From NCBI GenBank assembly GCA_951406725.2, contig OX597815.1, positions 71,672,001 through 71,736,000 on the forward strand: a stretch of DNA of 64,000 bases, written 5' to 3'. The stretch's first letter is position 1. Every line of letters begins with the position of its first letter. The position numbers and the translations under genes are program-made. The stretch comes from Octopus vulgaris (Eukaryota). Positions 38,981-52,799 of the stretch are shown here, one piece after another. The notes beneath the pieces are model-generated. The model made no database searches. It was not told the DNA's origin and saw nothing but the letters and a program-made list of their open reading frames with translations.

Positions 38981-39899
38981 TGTTGATGTTTGTCTTAAAA
39001 TAAGGTCACCATTTTTCGATTTTCCAGTGAACTCATTCCAGAATCCATGCACAAATTCAAAATCATTCTAGAATAATACTTTCTGCTTGATCTCATGCAG
39101 TTGTTGGCTTTCATGGTGTTCACCACGTAAACCCTGTCTCACACTATTTTTAAAGTGAGTGGACAGCCTGTCTGATAGTATTCTCTTCATGACAAGCCTC
39201 ATGTTCATTATTAGTCTTGAGTCTTCTGCAGTCCTAGAAGCATTAGCTTGCAATCTTCATAGTCACTACTCTTCTGTTTCTGCTGCCTTCAAAACGTGCT
39301 TGTTTTTCGTAGAAGATATAAGTATGGCACAGCTTTTCTGTGACGCTAATGATGAAAACATCATTTGTAGCAAATCACCCATAAAAGGGAAAACTACATT
39401 TTAATTTCATTGGTGCTGATATGATGTGTCACTTGTAGAAAAATGACATATCAACTAGCTGTAATTAATTTACTCAGAAATTCGAATTTTAATGATGTGA
39501 GCTCGAATTATAGTCCTGTTTAAATGTAGTCTTCCATTTTTATGAGCATTTCTCTACACACTAAAACGAAAAATGCAATTACACATTAAAGAGAAATTGT
39601 ATTTTCAAGGTAAAAGAAAGGTGCAAATGATTTCAAAAATGCAAGTGACAGAACGTATACAAAACAAAACAAGACAAAAAAAAATATGAGAAAACAAATA
39701 AGGGAAGCAGAGAAAAATGGAAAATAGAGTGAATAGGAGGGAGAGAGAGAGAGAGAATCTGCTGAGGTGATGTAAGAGGTGGTAAAAGTCTGGTGGAGTA
39801 ACAGTGAAAGAAAAGACATTAAAGGAGAGAGATAAAGGAAAGAAAATGCATGGAACAAAATGAAAGAAAGAGCAGAGGAATGTAAAAAGATTTGATATA

Positions 39900-40243
39900 T
39901 TTTATCTTTTACTTGTTTCAAGTCATTTGACTGCAGCCTTGAAAGGTTTTAGTCAAACAAATCAACCCCAGGACTTTTTTTATGCCTGGCACTTATTATA
40001 TTGGTCTTTTTGCCAAACTGCTAAGATACAGGGATATAAACACACCAACACTGGTTGTCAAGTGGTTGGGGGGACAAACACACACACACATGATGGGCTT
40101 CTTTCAGTTTCCACCTGTTAAATCCACTCACAAGGCTTTGGTTGGCCTGAGGCTATAGTAGAAGACACTTGCCCAAGGTGCCACACTATGGGACTGAACC
40201 CAGAATCATGTGGTTGGCAAGCAAGCTTCTTACCACACAGCCA
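39900..40243 (-). mobile_element. CORE-like SINE, head C plus tail A
   Basis: Reverse-strand match to 46575-46970. Confidence 0.9.
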
Positions 40244-40801
40244 GTTTTGTAAACTAGATCACAAAGAGAAGATAACTAATGGTTTCTCCTTCTGTCAACA
40301 ATATATCAAGTACTCTGTCTTGTTAGTCTATGGAATTCGCAGTAACTAGTCTTTAGTATCCATTGTAGTTAACTACTCCTGTGCCTTGTGATTAACTACT
40401 ACACAATCTGTATACTCATTACTTTCATTAAATATGTTATCAAACTATTATTACTAAATTCATTACACAGTTTATAGGAAATCCCAGTAGATGCCTGCCA
40501 ATCCACATATCATCCACTCCTGTCATACATCATATTTCATTACCGGTTATACTTAATTTGCTTTTATTATTATGATTTGTTGTAGTACTTTTATTCTTTC
40601 ACTTTTATATATATATATAATTTTGTAAACGCCTCCCCCCATGAGAGAGAAACTCTGTGTTTGATACCAATCACAGGCTGCAGACATATTAAAATTCAGA
40701 GTCTCTGTATCCAATCTGTTCTGAATGTAAAGCCTGCTGTCGGTGAGTTATTAACATTTACAAATCCATAGCAGCTGAGCTGATAGTATTTATAATAGCT
40801 A

Positions 40802-40849
<48 letters not shown>

Positions 40850-40883
40850 CACACACACCCAGACACATCTATATTTATATCTA

Positions 40884-40916
<33 letters not shown>

Positions 40917-41254
40917 GAGTATATATGACATTCTAATAACCCTTTCAAGAACACTGATGCTAGAAATGAATTTAACAACTGTAGCTTCATTATAATTGTA
41001 AATCTATTGTACACAACTGAATTTGAAGTAAGTGAAATATCACACATATATATGTGTGTGTGTGCATATACATGAGCACACATGCATAGACACACACACA
41101 CCAACCAACCAACCAAGATTTTGAACTTAGCCGTTTTGAAGTAATTCTGCCAAAGACAAAGTTTTGGGATGTTGCCAGCTGTTCTCAACCTGGAAAGGTT
41201 AACCATTGATTAAGTCGATGTTTTCTACACTATTTTAATCACAATTCATTTGCA

Positions 41255-41300
<46 letters not shown>

Positions 41301-41375
41301 TGAGTATAACAACATCATCTCAGCTGCCTGCTGTGATTCAGCTCAACATACACTACACATAAAGCTGACCTTACC

Positions 41376-41420
<45 letters not shown>

Positions 41421-41714
41421 TGTTTTTTTTTTTTCTTTTACTTGTTTCATTCATTGGACCGCAGCCATGCTGGGGGCACTGCCTTGAAGAGTTTAATTGA
41501 ACAAATCTACCCAAGTTCTCATGTTTTTCTTTCAAGTCTAGTACTATTCTGTCAGTCTTTTTCACTGAATTCCTAACTCACCAGGATGTAAACAAACCAA
41601 CATCAGTTGTCAAGTGGTGATGGGATAAACACAAAGACACACACATACATACATACATACATACATAGTAAAAAAATATAAAAAGAAGGAAAGTACTCAG
41701 AAATTCTATGCCAG

Positions 41715-41763
<49 letters not shown>

Positions 41764-42252
41764 TTTTCCAGCTTATAATTTTTGCTACAATTCAGCATGT
41801 GGAATTTTTTCTCAAACCTTTTCACTACATATATACACATAAAGGTAAGTTAAATCATGGTTGTCCTTGCAGGCTCATGGATGCTGGTACCATGTAAAAA
41901 GTATCCGTGCCTGTGCCATGTAAAAGCACCCAGTTACACTCTGTAAAGTGCTTGACATTAGGAAGGGTATCCAAACCAGCCATAGAAACCATGATAAAAC
42001 AGACATTGAGTCCAAGCAGCTCTTCAGCTGACCAGCTTCTATCAACCCCTACTATCATGGGAAATGGACGTTAAATGATGACAATGATGACAATATATAT
42101 AGTTCAAAAAAGACCAGTAGCCCAAAACCAGTAATCACTTTCATCCCTCTTGTAAAAGTTGTAAAAATATGATAAACTATGTAATCTACAAAATGTATTC
42201 TGTAATCCTTCAGTTTAATACTAAATTGTTTTCATTATAACTCAGCATAAAA

Positions 42253-42295
<43 letters not shown>

Positions 42296-42936
42296 TGCAT
42301 GCCCAAGAGAAATTGGTTACATTACCCTTGTTGTCTTGATAGTACAAGACATAATAGCAATGACCCAACCAGCTACTTCTCTAGATAGACTCTATGCTAT
42401 TTTTATCTAACTGCCAAAATACTGAAACACATCAATCAATAATTCAAGATGAATTGCTGCATATTTCTGCAATGATGACAGGTGCTGTCATGTTAACATG
42501 AGCTTGTGTTGTAAACTGTTGCAGCCACCACAGGCCAGAAACTATTCAGTGCAACTAGCAGCAGTGCAGATGCATCTTTTACTTAGCATGTATCTAGAAT
42601 GTGCAATGTTTGGCATCATTCTCATCATTGTTATGTTTAGCACTGCTAGATAGGTTTGTTCATTGGTTCATTTTTATGTCTTTGTTTTACAACCAGATGT
42701 CCTTCCTATTGCTAACACTTAACCTACCTTTCTTTCAAAAGATGTCTGATCTCATATGGCTTCCAAAGCTTAAAGCTAGCAGCCAACCCATTGACAACAG
42801 AGTCACCTCCTATGGCTAACCAATTTTCAGAAAAGCACAAATGCAAACACGCGCATATGTGTGTGAGTTCTTTTATTATTTTATATTTTACTTGTTTCAG
42901 TCATTTGACTGCATCCATACTGGAACACTACCTTAA

Positions 42937-43156
42937 CCCTTTCATTACTGTATTTATTTTGAGATGCTCAGTATTTCTTTCAATTACTTTAAATATAAGA
43001 AAGAATTTTGTAAAATAACTTAGTTACCATTAAGCTGGTGTTAGGAACATAAATTGTGACTAAGGTTTGGTGGAAGATTTTAATTCAAAACTTATGAAAA
43101 CAAGAAATTTGTACTCAGAGCCAGAGCCGGTTTCAGCCAGGTTGGTAATGAAAGGG
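42937..43156. mobile_element. piggyBac-type MITE family A nested in SINE tail A
   Basis: Perfect 12-bp TIR CCCTTTCATTAC/GTAATGAAAGGG; TTAA at 42933-42936 and 43157-43160. Confidence 0.92.
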
Positions 43157-43447
43157 TTAAAGGGATTTTAAGTTGAAGAAATCTACCCCAGAACTTATTC
43201 TTTGTAAGCCTAGTACTTTTTCTGTTGGTCTGCTTTGCTAAGCTGCTAAGTGACAGGGATGTAAACACACCAACATTGGATGTCAAACAATGTGTGTATT
43301 TGAATTATGCAATAGAAGCAGTTCTAGAGTAAATTCTTTTCCAATACCACATACTTAACAGATGTGTAGTTTAAAGGCCAGAGGCTGCATTTTTTTCGTC
43401 CAGGAAAATTCCCTTTATAGATGTTTTGTGTTAAAAAATACAATATA

Positions 43448-43982
43448 CAAGATGCATTCTAGAAGTTTTGAGTCTTTTTAATGAGAGATATTTATTAATT
43501 TCTGGCCACTTGCAATGAACTCCCTCAAAACCTCCACAGAGTACTCTTTGTTGACCATCTGACCAGAGAAAACCCAATGGAAGTAGATGATATCTTTTCT
43601 GTTAGAAGAGGATAATCATGAACTTCCTGGTGAAAAACAGATACTCAGCTCATTCACGTTAATCCGTAAGTAGTCTGGAGCATTTCATAAGTTTCAAAAG
43701 CAGTTTTTCCCAGTTCAAAAACACAAAACTTTATTGCATAATGAGCTTCCAAATTGTCTTCACATCCCAATTGCATTCTTCAAACAAGTCAGCTGTGATA
43801 AGCAGTATTTAGTAGGATGCGTTCAAAGTGCTGTTATACAGCCATCTCCTTCAATCTGGAATAACAAAAGTTTGTAGGTCAGCTTATTAGATTATAATAA
43901 TGGTATACTAAAATTGCAACAATCTAGGACAGTTATAACTGCCTCTCCTGAAAAAGTCTCAATATTTCTGGAATGCACCTTG
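43448..43982 (-). mobile_element. Internally deleted mariner element with both TIRs and TA TSDs
   Basis: TA|CAAGATGCATTCTAGAAG..GAGTCTTTTT vs AAAAAGTCTC..TCTGGAATGCACCTTG|TA. Remnants YAIKFC..LGKTAFETYEMLQTTYG and IIYFHWV..GQMVNKEYSVEVLREF. Confidence 0.9.
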
Positions 43983-44099
43983 TACTTCAGAGCTAGTTGA
44001 AATGAAATCCCTGTGGAAGTGACTGTATTTTTACACACACAGACACATACACAAGGCTATTTATACACTAAACATTTATTCATTGATAATAATTTCTTA

Positions 44100-44525
44100 C
44101 TTATGACATCTCAGATTTAGTCCCACTGCTCGGTACCTTCAACTTTCCCACTGCTTGGCATCTTCAGCATGTGTCTTCTGCTATAGCACTGGGCCAACTA
44201 AAGCTGTCTGAGTAGATTTGGTTGACAGAAAATTAAAGAAGCCCATTCTGTTATCTATATATGTGCATGTGCATGTATAGGTGTAGGTATATTTGTGTGT
44301 ACCCTTGTCTAGACATCACATAGTGGTTGTAAATGACCATCACCATTGTGAGTTGAGTTGTTCATTTCCAGTTTTCTGTAGAAAACATGTCTGGTCATGG
44401 TGAAATATTACCTTACTTGGAAACAGATGAGGGTTGGTAACAGAAAGGGCATCCAATCATTGAAAAAATCTGCATCAACAAATTCCATCTGGACCATGCA
44501 AGCAAGGAAAATTGGACATGATTAT
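44100..44525 (+). mobile_element. CORE-like SINE, head C plus GAT-type tail
   Basis: Matches 8828-9260 and 15850-16262. Confidence 0.8.
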
Positions 44526-45473
44526 ATATATATATAGACGAACATGATTCTTCATAACAGCTTATTGAGTCAATAGATTTTACACTAAATTTATCTTGAC
44601 TTATCATCAGTACTAGTTTTTGGTTGTTTTTGTTGTTTCTCTCCCCTTCCTTTTAAGTCTTTCTGTATGATATGATTTATTCACAAGATACGAGATACTA
44701 GACTTTATCAGTCTTTAAAGACGTAAGCTACTTTCATAACCATTGCAAAGAAGAAAAAAAAAGATGATAACAATAAAAGAGCGAAAAATGTTGGCAACAA
44801 TATTTAATGTTAGAAATCAATATTTCTGATGCTACAAATCAACATTATGTAATGTCATCTACATTTATCTAGACTAAATAGAGACTTTGAAACATATTGA
44901 AGTGCAAAGCTTCGGACAACATTTAATGTGTTGACTGCATGTGATGACCATTCTACTTTTTATAACTGATTCTCATCTTGGATATTTTTGTCCTTTCACT
45001 ACACAGCTGCTACTTTCAAAGAATCAGTCTGGTTGCCATTGAAGCAAAGTGCAGTGAAATAGGTTAAAAGGTGTGTGTGTGTGAAAGGCTCATGGCTTAG
45101 TGGTTAGATTATTCAGCTCTTGATCATAAAGTCAGGAGTTCAATTCCTAGCAGTGTATTGTGTCCATGAGCGAAATATTTTCATATTGTTCCAGTCTACT
45201 CAGCTGGCAACAATGATTAGTACCTGTATTTCAAAGAGCCAGCCTTGTCACTTTCTGTGTCACAGTGAATCTCCCTGAGAATTATGTTAAGGGTCACTTA
45301 TGTCTGTGGAGTGCTCAGCCACTTGCACATTAATTTCACAAGCAGGCTATTCCATTGTTGGGATCAACCGGAACCCTTGTCATCATAACTGACTGAGTGC
45401 CAGTTATGTATGTATATATATATATACATACACACATACATATATATTAAAGCACTACAGTTAAAGTCTGGTC

Positions 45474-45539
45474 ATAGAGTGATCAATAGTTTCACATCAG
45501 CGAAAGCCACAGTTTTGTGAACAGCTCATCAGACTCTAT
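45474..45539 (-). ncRNA. Hammerhead-like motif with intact core and imperfect stems II/III
   Basis: Minus strand ATAGAGT-CTGATGA-gc..cacaaaactgtg..gt-GAAA-ctattga-TC-ACTCTAT, with a perfect 7-bp stem I. Confidence 0.6.
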
Positions 45540-46574
45540 ACAAAGTCAAATTTAACTCTTCATCTCTCGGAGGCAAATAAAGAGAGAAATATATGATAAA
45601 TATGTGATTAAATTTATTTTACCATTGAATATTCATATTTAACAACAATTATTTTGCAGCTTAATAAACCTGTATAAACAATTTATTTTATTATATTTTA
45701 TTATAAATAATAAATTATTTCTATGTCTGTATTAATATATATATATACAATTTTTAAATTAATGCAGATATTAAGCTTGCTCATCGGATTAAAAAAATTC
45801 CATGTTTATAATTATATCTCAACATAGCATTTCAAAGCACAAACATTTGTATGATACTATGGATTGTATGTGAATTGAAGAACGATACATTAAGGAGCAT
45901 TATTTATGAGTACCACCAGATTAGGTAAATCCATATGTCGTGACTTAAATTTATGTATGTATATATGTACATACATATGTATGTATTTCATCATCACTTT
46001 AGCATCAACTTTTACATGCTTGTTTCGACCAGACGGAATTTGTAGGGGCAGATTTTCTTTGGCTGGATGCCTTTCCAGTTACAAACTCTTACCTGTTTCT
46101 AAGTAAGGCAATATTTCTACATGGATACTTTCATGAAAGATTGGACATAAATGACACTGCCTGCATAACTGACACTCGTTTACAATGACCACACAAAATC
46201 AAGGCAAGGAGACAGTAACTCACATACAAACACACACACACACTCATATACGTGAGTGTATGTAATTTGAAGTTGAACTTGAAGAAAGAAAGATGTCCAG
46301 ATTTCTTTAAAACTTATTGTTCAGGCACAGTTGCCTCCCTTAGTTAAAGACCTCAAAATTTTGTGAACCAACCTTGTTTGCAAGGTTATTTTTGTAGTAA
46401 AAAAAGTTATGCAAAAAGCATACTTTATTTGGTAGCCGAAAAACTACTGAATCTTTTGACACCTTATACATAAAAATCGGCAACTCAGTTTTTGAATCCA
46501 TAAGGAACATGCACGCATGCACACACACACACACACAAATACATATGTTTTATATATTAAGATGTATATAGATG

Positions 46575-46970
46575 CCAGTGTAACTGTGTGGTAAGAAGCT
46601 TGCTTTGCAACCGTATGGTTCAGGATTCAGTCCCACTGCGTGGCATCTTGGGCAAGTATCTTCTACTATAATCTTGGGCCAACCAAAGCCTTGTGAGTAG
46701 ATTTGGTAGACGGAAACTGAAAGAAGCTCATTGTATATATATATGTGTGTGTGTGTGTGTTTATATCTGTGCTTGTTCCCCCATCACCGCTTGACAACTG
46801 GTGTTGGTATGTTTACATCCCCATAACTTAATAGTTCGGCAAGAGACCAATAGAATGAGTACTAGGCTTAAAAAGATAACTCCTGGGGTCAATTTGTTCG
46901 ACTAAGACCATTCAAGGCAGTGCTCCAGTATGGCCGTAGTCATGAAACAGGTAAAAGAATAAAAGAATAT
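46575..46970 (+). mobile_element. Full-length CORE-like tRNA SINE (head C, TA/TG microsatellite, tail A)
   Basis: ctgtgtggtaagaagcttgct..ttcagtccc..cttgggcaagt..; tail ends gaaacaggtaaaagaataaaagaata. Further copies at 55250-55635, 55895-56252 and 57255-57660 (minus) and 58425-58800 (plus). Confidence 0.9.
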
Positions 46971-47007
46971 ACTAAAAGATAAAAGAAGTGGTCATTAAAC
47001 AATGTTG

Positions 47008-47043
<36 letters not shown>

Positions 47044-48324
47044 ATATAGCATATACCACTACATGCATGGATACACAAGGTTTGTTGATGGATGGATAGA
47101 TAATCAAACATCAGTAAGAAAGAAACCTGAAACAGCAGTCTTAGTTTTGTTGTTATAATTTTTGTTTCCCTCTGCTGAAAACATTTCCAGACTTTTATCA
47201 CTATAACATACTAGAAAAAAATATAGAAATAAAAAAATAAAAATCAGTCAGTTGACTGATGGATGGTGGTACTAATATATCTAGTTTCATGTATCTATTC
47301 TAAAAACTAGCTATTTTAAATTTCAAATTTCATTCCAAGCCTTGGTCCTCTGTAGCAGTAATCTTGTTTCAATAGTTTATAAGAAAATATTATCCACTTG
47401 ATTTAATTTTTCACAGGTAACAACACCAACTTTGTTTGGCATATCTATTTGAAGAATATCGCTTTAAGTAGTTTACATTGTTCTTAAATAAATTGCTGAA
47501 CTAAGATGATTAATTTTCACTGTCTTCGATATGATTAAGTTCAAATTAAAACAAAAACAAAGAAAAATGATATTTCATTCTGGTATTTTGATTTGCATGA
47601 TTCTTATTATGAGCTTATGTGTTGAAACAGATTTTGTTGCATCTTGGGACAGTCATCATGCCAAAAATAAACACATACATTGGTTCACTTTCACTTCTTT
47701 GTTGTTTATTAATCAATTGGTTAGCCATTTAACCAATTAACTAATCAATTGTTTGATTAATTATTCAGTCAGTCGATCAAGCAGTCAACTATGTTTGTTC
47801 ACATCTGAAGCAGAAGGAGCATGTAATTTAGGAAATCACAAATATCACCTGACTTTTAGAAACAGACAAGAGTTGGTGGCAATAAGGACATCGGGGAGTA
47901 AATCTGCCTGACCCAAACAAGCATGGAAAAGTGGACATTTAATGATGATGAAGATGGTGGTGGTGGTATTAAATCCTAGAATGATTGTGTTTTTATAAGA
48001 TGCTTGAGATAGTGTAGGCAGTAGAGCCCCAGACAAGGTCTCTTTGGTGTATTTTAGCTCAATATCCAATTGTTCCGAGGTCAAATTCCATTGAAACCAA
48101 AAAGTGCCAATAATACACTCGGATTGACTCAATGGAGAATATCTGTGCAAGAATGGAACTTTTGCCTCAATAAATAATCAATAGAATACATTACCATTTC
48201 AGAACAATGAAGAGTAATAGACTTTTAAAGGAGGAAGAAAAGAAAAGAATGAAATAAGATATTTGAAGGAAACCTTTGTAACGTCTATGTATTGTTATCT
48301 ACCTTTAACCTAATTAGCAGCATA

Positions 48325-48368
<44 letters not shown>

Positions 48369-48699
48369 TGTGTGCTAATGAAGCATTTCTTTTTATGATG
48401 TGTGTTGGTGGGATATATCAATGTTGCAATATATATTGGTATATTTATAAATGTGTGTGTATATTGCTTAAGTTCATTTGTGTATGTATCAGAAATATGT
48501 ATTACTGGTTATGCATTGTGTATATATATTTTTTTATGTATGTGTGTATATATGTTGTGTGTGTGTGCATATGTATACACACACAGACCTATATATAAAT
48601 ATATACATACCTATATATATATATATATACACACACAGACCTATGTGTATATATATATATATTATCATCATTTAACGTCCACCTTCCATGCTACCATGG

Positions 48700-48734
<35 letters not shown>

Positions 48735-49880
48735 TTCACAGTTATACACCTATATAAGCATGCACATATATATACACACATACATATACATATATCTATA
48801 AATATATACTACATACAAATATTCTTCATCATTATCAAAATCATCATCATCATTATAGTCATTAATATAGAATGCTCTTAAGCATTGAGTAAAAGTATCT
48901 ATCTATTCATGATCATTTGTCCCCTGATTAAGATGCTTCATTCAGTTACCAATGTTGGATTCTATTGTGTCGTTATTAGCAGGTGAAGACACTTCCTTTG
49001 ACTAATGAGGTAGACAGTCTGTCTTGTGTTGACTGCAATTTGTGAGGACTGATTTACCGTTCAAAGAAATCTGAATACCACAAATCTGTGTGCCATATTT
49101 TATCGAGAATTGTATATTACTTGTGAAGTCTCCTGCATTCTTCTCCACCGAAATAATATTATATTCTTGGAATTTTATCTGAAAATAATGCTAAAAATTT
49201 GTATGGAAAAAGATAAATGTATAATCCAATATTGTTTATTATTCTCATAATAAACTGGTTAAGTGCTTCTTATTCTAAGTGTAGAACTACTTTTTATTTT
49301 ACACTTGTTTCAGTCATTGGACTATCTCATGCTGGAGCAATGCTTTGTAGGCATTTAGTCGAACAAACCAATCCTAAGACTTGTTTCTTTTGTTACAGTC
49401 TGGTACTCATTTGTTGATTGCTTTTACTAAGGTGCTATGTTATCAGGATGTAAACAAACCAACAATGGGAACAAACACAAAAATGCACACACACAATGCG
49501 TTGATCGCAACTATGCTTTTCTTACAACACTTTTGTAGAAGTATTTGCTCCACATCATCATTTGGTAATGTGTGTTAGTTTTCGGTGTTGATTGGAATGA
49601 GCGGATATAATTTTTGCTTTGCTGTAAATCTGGTATTATTTTTCTGCAAGCACTCATATGTATTCATCATCATCATTGTCGTCATTGTCATTTAACAGTT
49701 TGACTGAGGACTGGCAAGCCAGAAGGCTGTACCAGGCTCTAATCTGATCTAGGTTTCTACAGCTGGATGCCCTTTCTAATGCCAATCACTCTGAGAGTGT
49801 AGTGGGTGCTTTTTACGTGCCACTGGCACGAGGGCCAGTCAGGCAGTACTGATATATATATAATGTGTGTGTGTGTGTGT

Positions 49881-50215
49881 GAAGGTGCATGGCTCTGTGG
49901 TTAGAACATCACAATCATGAGGTAGTGAGTTTGATTCCCGGGCTGGGCTGGGTGTTGTGTTCTTGAGCAAGACACATTTTTTCACATTGCTCCAGTTCAC
50001 TCAGCTGTAGAAATGAGTTGTGACATCACTGGTGCCAAGCTGTATCAGACTTTGCCATTCCCTTGGACAACATCGGTGACATGGGGAGGGGAGTTTTATA
50101 TGTATGGGTGACTGCTGGTCTTCCATAAACAACCTTACCCAGACTTGTGCCTCAGAGGAAAACTTTCTAGGTGCAATACCATGGTCATTCATGATTGAAG
50201 GGGGTCTTTATCCTT
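49881..50215 (+). mobile_element. tRNA-derived SINE family H
   Basis: gaaggtgcatggctctgtggttag..gtttgattccc..ttcttgagcaagaca..gaagggggtc; another copy at 57672-58005. Confidence 0.88.
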
Positions 50216-50847
50216 TTACTATATACACACACACATACACACACACACACACAGATCATACACCAGACAACCACAGACTAACGTGTCTAATATTATTGTG
50301 TGTGTGTGGGGGAGAGAGAGAGAGAGAGGTTACATAGCCTAATGGTTTGGGTGTTGTAATCACAATCATCAGATCTTGGTTTCAATTTTTGGACCAGGTA
50401 GTGCATTGTGTTGTTGAGTAATTTCACATTGTTCTGCAGTCACTCCAGTATCTAACATGTGGAACCATGTGAACCTGTACAGACAATATCAATTTGATGG
50501 AGTGGGTGAGCTAAAACACAGCACAGCACAAACATTTGGTCATATATATAGATAGATAGATAGATATACATAGATAGATAAAACTTACTTGGAAAAGGAT
50601 GCATGGCATTCGATCATAATAATATAAATAATATATAAATCTATGTATATATACATGCATATATGGGTACAGGACATAAAAAAAAACGTGGACAGAATGA
50701 GAAATGAGAAAATAAAAAACAAAAACGTAGAAAACAAACATTTTTTCAAACAACAAAAAAAGAAAACAGAGAAACGAGACATGCAACATAAAGAACATTC
50801 CTTTCATCAGTTGTCCCCTGTTTTATCTACTCCATGTTTCAAAGGTA

Positions 50848-50909
<62 letters not shown>

Positions 50910-51594
50910 AGCCAGGTATCATTGCTGTATCCAGGCATCAGCCTACCAGGACTCTTCAGTTACCCCTATGTTGTGCTGCATACATTCAGCCGGGCTCTTG
51001 TTTCTAGTACATACTTTGATGACTTCAATCTGCTAATGTCTTTGCTAGCTTCTTACTCTCTTCCTCTCAACACATTCTGACAGAAAGTTGTTTAACCCTA
51101 ACCCTAACTGAGCAGGCCTAACATATTCCAACAATTACTATCTCCATAGATCTCAGACTACACTTTCCAATGTGCCTTTTCTTTTTTTAAAAGAACAGCA
51201 TGTGATTTGAAAAAAGATTTGGTTGCAGCTTCTTGCAGATCAGCTGACCTTGTAGAGGCTCCTGTATTAGTTTAGCCTCATGGTGCTTGGACATCAGAGG
51301 ATCATGGTTCAAAAAATGGTAAATATTTGATTAAGTCATATACAACACTACATCTACAATAATAATAATTAATAGACAGTAATTATAGAATGTTCAGTGC
51401 CAGTCTAGACTGTGTAATTGATGTGATTAAGTATACTTTTCATCTTGCCAGTTTTATAGGACTAGTTTTATATATGTATGTGTATCTATGTATGTATGTA
51501 TATATATATCTGTCTATCTCTATCTCTGTCTATCTATCTATCCGTTTGTCTGTCTGTCTATATATGTGTGTATATATATATGTGTGTGTGTATA

Positions 51595-51635
<41 letters not shown>

Positions 51636-51654
51636 CAAAACAAGACAGAGGAAG

Positions 51655-52420
51655 GGAGATAACCCTTATTTAATCCCCTATTTTTATTCTAAAGGTAAAT
51701 TTATGTCTTTCAAAAAAATTACACTAAAAATAAAATAACTAATAGTAAAACCATACTGGAGGCAAATTAAATCTAATCTTCCATTGCAGTTTCATGAAGC
51801 TATTATTAGGAATTTTCCAAAGAATTCTAGGTATTACTCTATTATCAACTCACATGTGGTTAGGATTGGTTTTTCCAACGCAAAAAATTTCTTACAAATT
51901 ATCTCTTCACATAATATCAACCTGTTAAATAGTAATACATTTACTAATGCTAACATTAATTTAGCTAATACCATCCATCCCTCTAGAAATATTAATTACA
52001 AGGTTATTGTATCTGAAGTCAATTAGAACAGAATCAAGTTTATGTGAAGTAATTCTAAAATTAAAAATTCTATATACTAGTGTAAAATTACTACTCGTAA
52101 TCAAGTATTATTTTATATAAGTAGCACATCCTCCCAGTTATCTAAAAGAATTTCTAATCATTACTCTACATTTAGAGATATGAATAAACGTAACAGTACA
52201 GGGCTTAGTAAATTAATTTGGGATCTAAAAGACGACAATAAACAATTTAATTTAGATTGGTTGATTCTCTCAATCTCGATATCTTATGACAAAGGCAAGG
52301 AATTCTGTCTTCTCTGTAATTCTGAACTATTTTTTTCTAAAAATCCCATTGTAAACATGGTCATAGAGCGTGTATACCGATGTAAACATTGGCAGAAACA
52401 CACCCTTAGTTCATATAGTT
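51655..52420 (+). mobile_element. Penelope-like element remnant (linker plus GIY-YIG endonuclease)
   Basis: RNFPKNSRYYSIINSHVVRIGFS..IISSHN; IY*CKIT..FYISST..KRISNHYSTF..STGLSKLIWDLK..W.IL..Y..CLLCNSE..CKH. Contains stops and frameshifts. Confidence 0.88.
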
Positions 52421-52799
52421 CATACATGATTTCTATCGTTATATATAATTTAAACATTACTTATCTTCTTACATTTCACATTCACTAGATATATATTTTT
52501 CCTAGTCTATATGGTTTTATTTAATATACATATAGTCATATACTTCTCATTTATTTAGTTTTTCTTTACTTTATCCCTCCTCTTTCTATAGGCTACCTCT
52601 GACGTTATATCCTATAACGGTTTTTTGAAACAATATCAATAGCGTTCAGTTAATCACTATACAATCCATCATTTTCTGTTAAAATGTCTCATTGACGAGT
52701 TTCATTTCTTCACTTCCCTGAAGAGAAGATTACATTGGCAAGAAAGTACTCTGACTCGTGGCATTTTAAAGGTGAACTTTATGAAGGCTGATTTATTAA

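Noticed and set aside
39001-39590. Possible transposase-like remnant on the minus strand
   Set aside because: Multiple stops and no motif I can assign to a family.
49881-49960. tRNA-like sequence with A/B boxes
   Set aside because: It is the head of a multi-copy SINE; no complete cloverleaf is evident.
52590-52760. CTGACG/CTGAAGA motifs downstream of the Penelope relic
   Set aside because: I could not pair stems I-III around them, so no hammerhead is called.
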